Origin: Dictyostelium discoideum
Lineage: Eukaryota
DNA: 64,000 bases
Direction of reading: 5' to 3'
Assembly: GCA_000004695.1 (NCBI GenBank)
Contig: CM000152.2
Span: 5,312,001 to 5,376,000, forward strand
The translations under genes and the position numbers were made by a program. Under the pieces are notes generated by a model, which was given only the letters and a program-made list of their open reading frames with translations, was not told the DNA's origin and searched no databases. Positions 60,934 through 64,000 of this stretch are shown in pieces (position 1 is the first letter of the stretch; each line of letters begins with the position of its first letter).

Positions 60934-63689
60934 TTATCTATATTCTCTTACTAAAAATCTTAAGAAAACATAAGCTAATAATAAATAACCAACAATCATA
61001 CCAAGCAAAACATACATATCAGTGAATAATCTATTTGGATTTGCACCAATAGTTGAAAGGAATTCTAAACCATCAGCATAAGTGGGTCTTGTGTTTGGAG
61101 GATTATATTCAATCCAAAGACCATTGAATTCATTGACAACAGGAATTTCCAAACCATATGACATAAAACTAATCCAAACCAAACCAATTAAATACTTGGG
61201 AATTGAACTTCTTGCCAAAAGGAAACCATCAAATAATAAAAATACAAAGAGTAACAAGATTGACACCATATTTGCAGTACCAAACGTTGGAGAGATTGTA
61301 CTGATTGCCATACACATTGATGAGGCCACTGTACTTGTTAACACCAAAGAGATGAGGAAATAGATGAAATGGAGGATACCAGGACGTAAACCAATCATAT
61401 AATAACAAATTGAACCCAAAATAATTGGTGGTATAACTCTCATTGGAATGATATCGGTTACTACTTTGGCTAAAAAGTATGCTGATGTTCTATAGAAACC
61501 ATTGGCTCTTTCACGAATGAAAATGATACGGTCATTGTAGAAAAGATCTAATGATGTAATACTTCCAAATGAGAGTAAAGCAGTCATGAAAAACATTGCA
61601 CCAAATCTATTTTGACAACCTGGTTCAAGATTGGCTGGTAATTTCCAAAAGAGATAACCTAATGTTAACCCAACAAAAATATGTACAAAGTAAGTGGTAC
61701 GCAAAAGGAAAGGATTTCTCATATAATTTAATAAAGAACGACGGCAAACTACAAAAAATTGTGTCCAAAATGATGTTGCATATTCTTCAACTTTACCAAT
61801 TTTAATATGACTTGCTAATGGTTCACCTTGATTACCAACTACAATAATTGGACTTGCTTCTTCAATATCTTCAACATCATCATCATTATTTTTATTATTA
61901 TTATCATTATTCTTTACTTTATTATTATTATTATTATTATTAATATTATCACTTGCTAATAAATGATCTCTTTCATCACTATCACTATCACTATCATTAT
62001 TATCAATTGATGGACCATTAATACCATATATATGACGATGATGATGATGATGTTGTTGATGATGAATATTTTGATTATGTGGATTATTAATGATACGATG
62101 ATGATTTAAATTAATATCACTATTATTACTATTTGAAGATAAAGCTGGTGAAGTAGATTGATAAAATGGTGAAGCAACACGAGAATCAACATAGGTTGAA
62201 TTAAATCTTTGACAATTTTTATCGGTGACCATTGAAATGATGAAATCTGCAGGATTTTTAAGATGCATTCTATAGTTTTGTTGTTCAAATTCAGTCATAC
62301 CAGCAATTTTCTGTTTAATGAAATAGTTTACAGAGTCCTCTCTTTTACCAGAGAAATAAGGATTACCTTGATGTAAGAGGATCAAATTATCAAATTGTTC
62401 AAAGAGTTCAGCGGAAGGTTGATGAATTGAAAAGATGATAGTACGTTGACCCTTTGTTGAATTGTTTGCCAATTGTTTAAGTTTAGTGATTAACTCTGAA
62501 GCGGAATGACTATCAAGACCAGATGTTGGTTCATCGATGAATAGAATACTTGGATCAACTATTAATTCGGTTGCGATCGATAGTCTTCTACGTTCACCAC
62601 CAGAGATACCTCTCTTCTCTGAGGTACCAATTGGGTTATCGGCCACACGAGTTAAGCCCAACTCCTCCAATACACTTGCGACACGTTGTTGTTTGATTTC
62701 CAATGACATATTCTCTGGAAGTTTTAAAAGGGCAGCAAACATCAAATGTTCACGACATGTTAAAGTACCAATTTGAATATCATCTTGAGTGACATAACCA
62801 GAGATTCTCTTAAAGTTTTTACCAACGGGTGCACCATTGATCAATACTTTACCATCGATGTTACCAACGTTCTTTCTACCCGATAGAATATCCAATAAAC
62901 TTGTTTTACCCGAACCCGATAAACCCATCAATGCTGTCAATTGACCGGGTGGACAAACACCATTGACATTATCTAAAATTTGTTTTCTCTTTACATCCTT
63001 ACCAAAGAATCCACTACGTTCATTAACGTAGCAACTAATATTATGAAAACTTAATTCACAAACTAAATGTGTATCTTCTTTAAAGTTTTTACGATCTTCT
63101 TGAAGTGAGAATATTAAAAAGATTGCACCAATCAATAGAGTCAACCCAATGAATCCAACACCTGACCCAACATAAATGTATAGGAAACTCATTGATGCCA
63201 CTGGTACCGGATAAATGGGTGGTGGTGTTGGTGCACCCGTTGCAACATCAATACATTCACCCGACATACATTGTAATGGAATGGCTGGTAACATTTGATT
63301 GATTGTATATTGTGAGAAAAGACAATTGCTAGTTCCATCTGGATTCGTTTGTGCTCCACATTCAAATGTTGCCTCACCTGTAACTGCACTAATTAAACCA
63401 TCCAATATGAATCCACAATAGGTAGTACAATTACAAACACTATTTTGACATACAATCGATTGATTTTGACCTGGTAAAATAGTACGATCACATTCTGTAA
63501 ATGAACAATTAAAATATAATGGTGATCCATGAATTCTATAATATAAATTCATTGAACAAACTCCTGTTTGTGTATTATAATTTCCACCTGGAAATTGACA
63601 ATCAATTGATGCTGATGCTGTTGAATTATTTAAATCACCATTAACTTCTGCACCTATTAAATTAAAATAAATAATTATTAATTTTTAAT

Positions 63690-63733
<44 letters not shown>

Positions 63734-64000
63734 AAAAACTTACTTGTTACAACACAGCTATAACTTTTTTCAAAATAAGTATAAGGTGAAGAATTACATT
63801 CAAAAGATGAAGAGTAATTACCTGTTAATGCTTGACAACCCTCATTATTTAAACAAACTGTACATTCTAAACCAGCTTGACCAGGTGGACAAACACATGA
63901 TCTTGGTGTTGGATAATTGTAAATTGGTGGACAATATCTACCACCATTACAATTCATTTTATCCCAATTATGTTGTGGATCTACATTCTCTGAACAATCA
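60934..64000 (-). CDS. ABCG-family (White-type) half transporter with an N-terminal Cys-rich EGF-like ectodomain and an extra TM helix. 5' end lies beyond the window. Exon 64000-63744 (partial), intron 63743-63654, exon 63653-60934.
   Basis: Walker A GLSGSGKTSL, ABC signature ISGGERRRLSIA, Walker B ILFIDEPTSGLD, then six TM helices (ABC2-type). Upstream Cys-rich region ...CPPIYNYPTPRSCVCPPGQAGLECTVCLNNEGCQ... and CQNSVCNCTTYCGF, followed by hydrophobic FLYIYVGSGVGFIGLTLLIGAIFLIF before the NBD. Donor A|GTAAGT, acceptor aatag|GT. Confidence 0.8.

Overview
The window is nuclear DNA typical of Dictyostelium discoideum: AT-rich, with short AT-rich GT...AG introns, poly-Asn/Gln tracts inside genes, homopolymer-rich intergenic DNA and tRNA genes carrying downstream 'external B boxes'. 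I can support about 24 protein-coding genes, most needing splicing beyond the raw ORF track.

- 1-9200: a partial SNF2-family ATPase, a three-exon TPR/Sel1-like gene, two tandem hssA-like mini-genes and a DeSI/PPPDE peptidase.
- 9600-14000: convergent tRNA-Glu and tRNA-Gly genes bound a gene-free repeat island.
- 14400-21100: Vps36 (ESCRT-II) and two tandem paralogous bZIP transcription-factor genes.
- 21500-27700: a cluster of three tRNA-Ser(GCU) genes. Around it lie TRE5-type (tRNA-gene-targeted non-LTR) retrotransposon fragments, a 94-bp mini-element with target-site duplications inserted exactly 48 bp upstream of one tRNA, and an orphan tandem array of about 38-bp units.
- 27800-47500: a C2-domain RasGAP, a chorein-N/ATG2-like lipid-transfer protein, a rhomboid protease, a serine beta-lactamase-like domain fused to a VanX-type D-Ala-D-Ala dipeptidase (the most striking gene), a 1153-aa hypothetical protein and a GPI-anchored Ser/Thr-rich surface protein.
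- 48300-64000: a four-exon mitochondrial-presequence protein, a small secreted protein, a CDF zinc transporter, RIO2 kinase, a small membrane protein, a mitochondrial-targeted 1047-aa protein, and an ABCG half-transporter with an N-terminal Cys-rich ectodomain (5' end outside the window).
- Also present: many microsatellites and a 100-N assembly gap.

Splice coordinates were derived by hand and may be off by 1-2 nt. The ORF track uses TTG/CTG/GTG starts, so several of its 'M' residues are internal.
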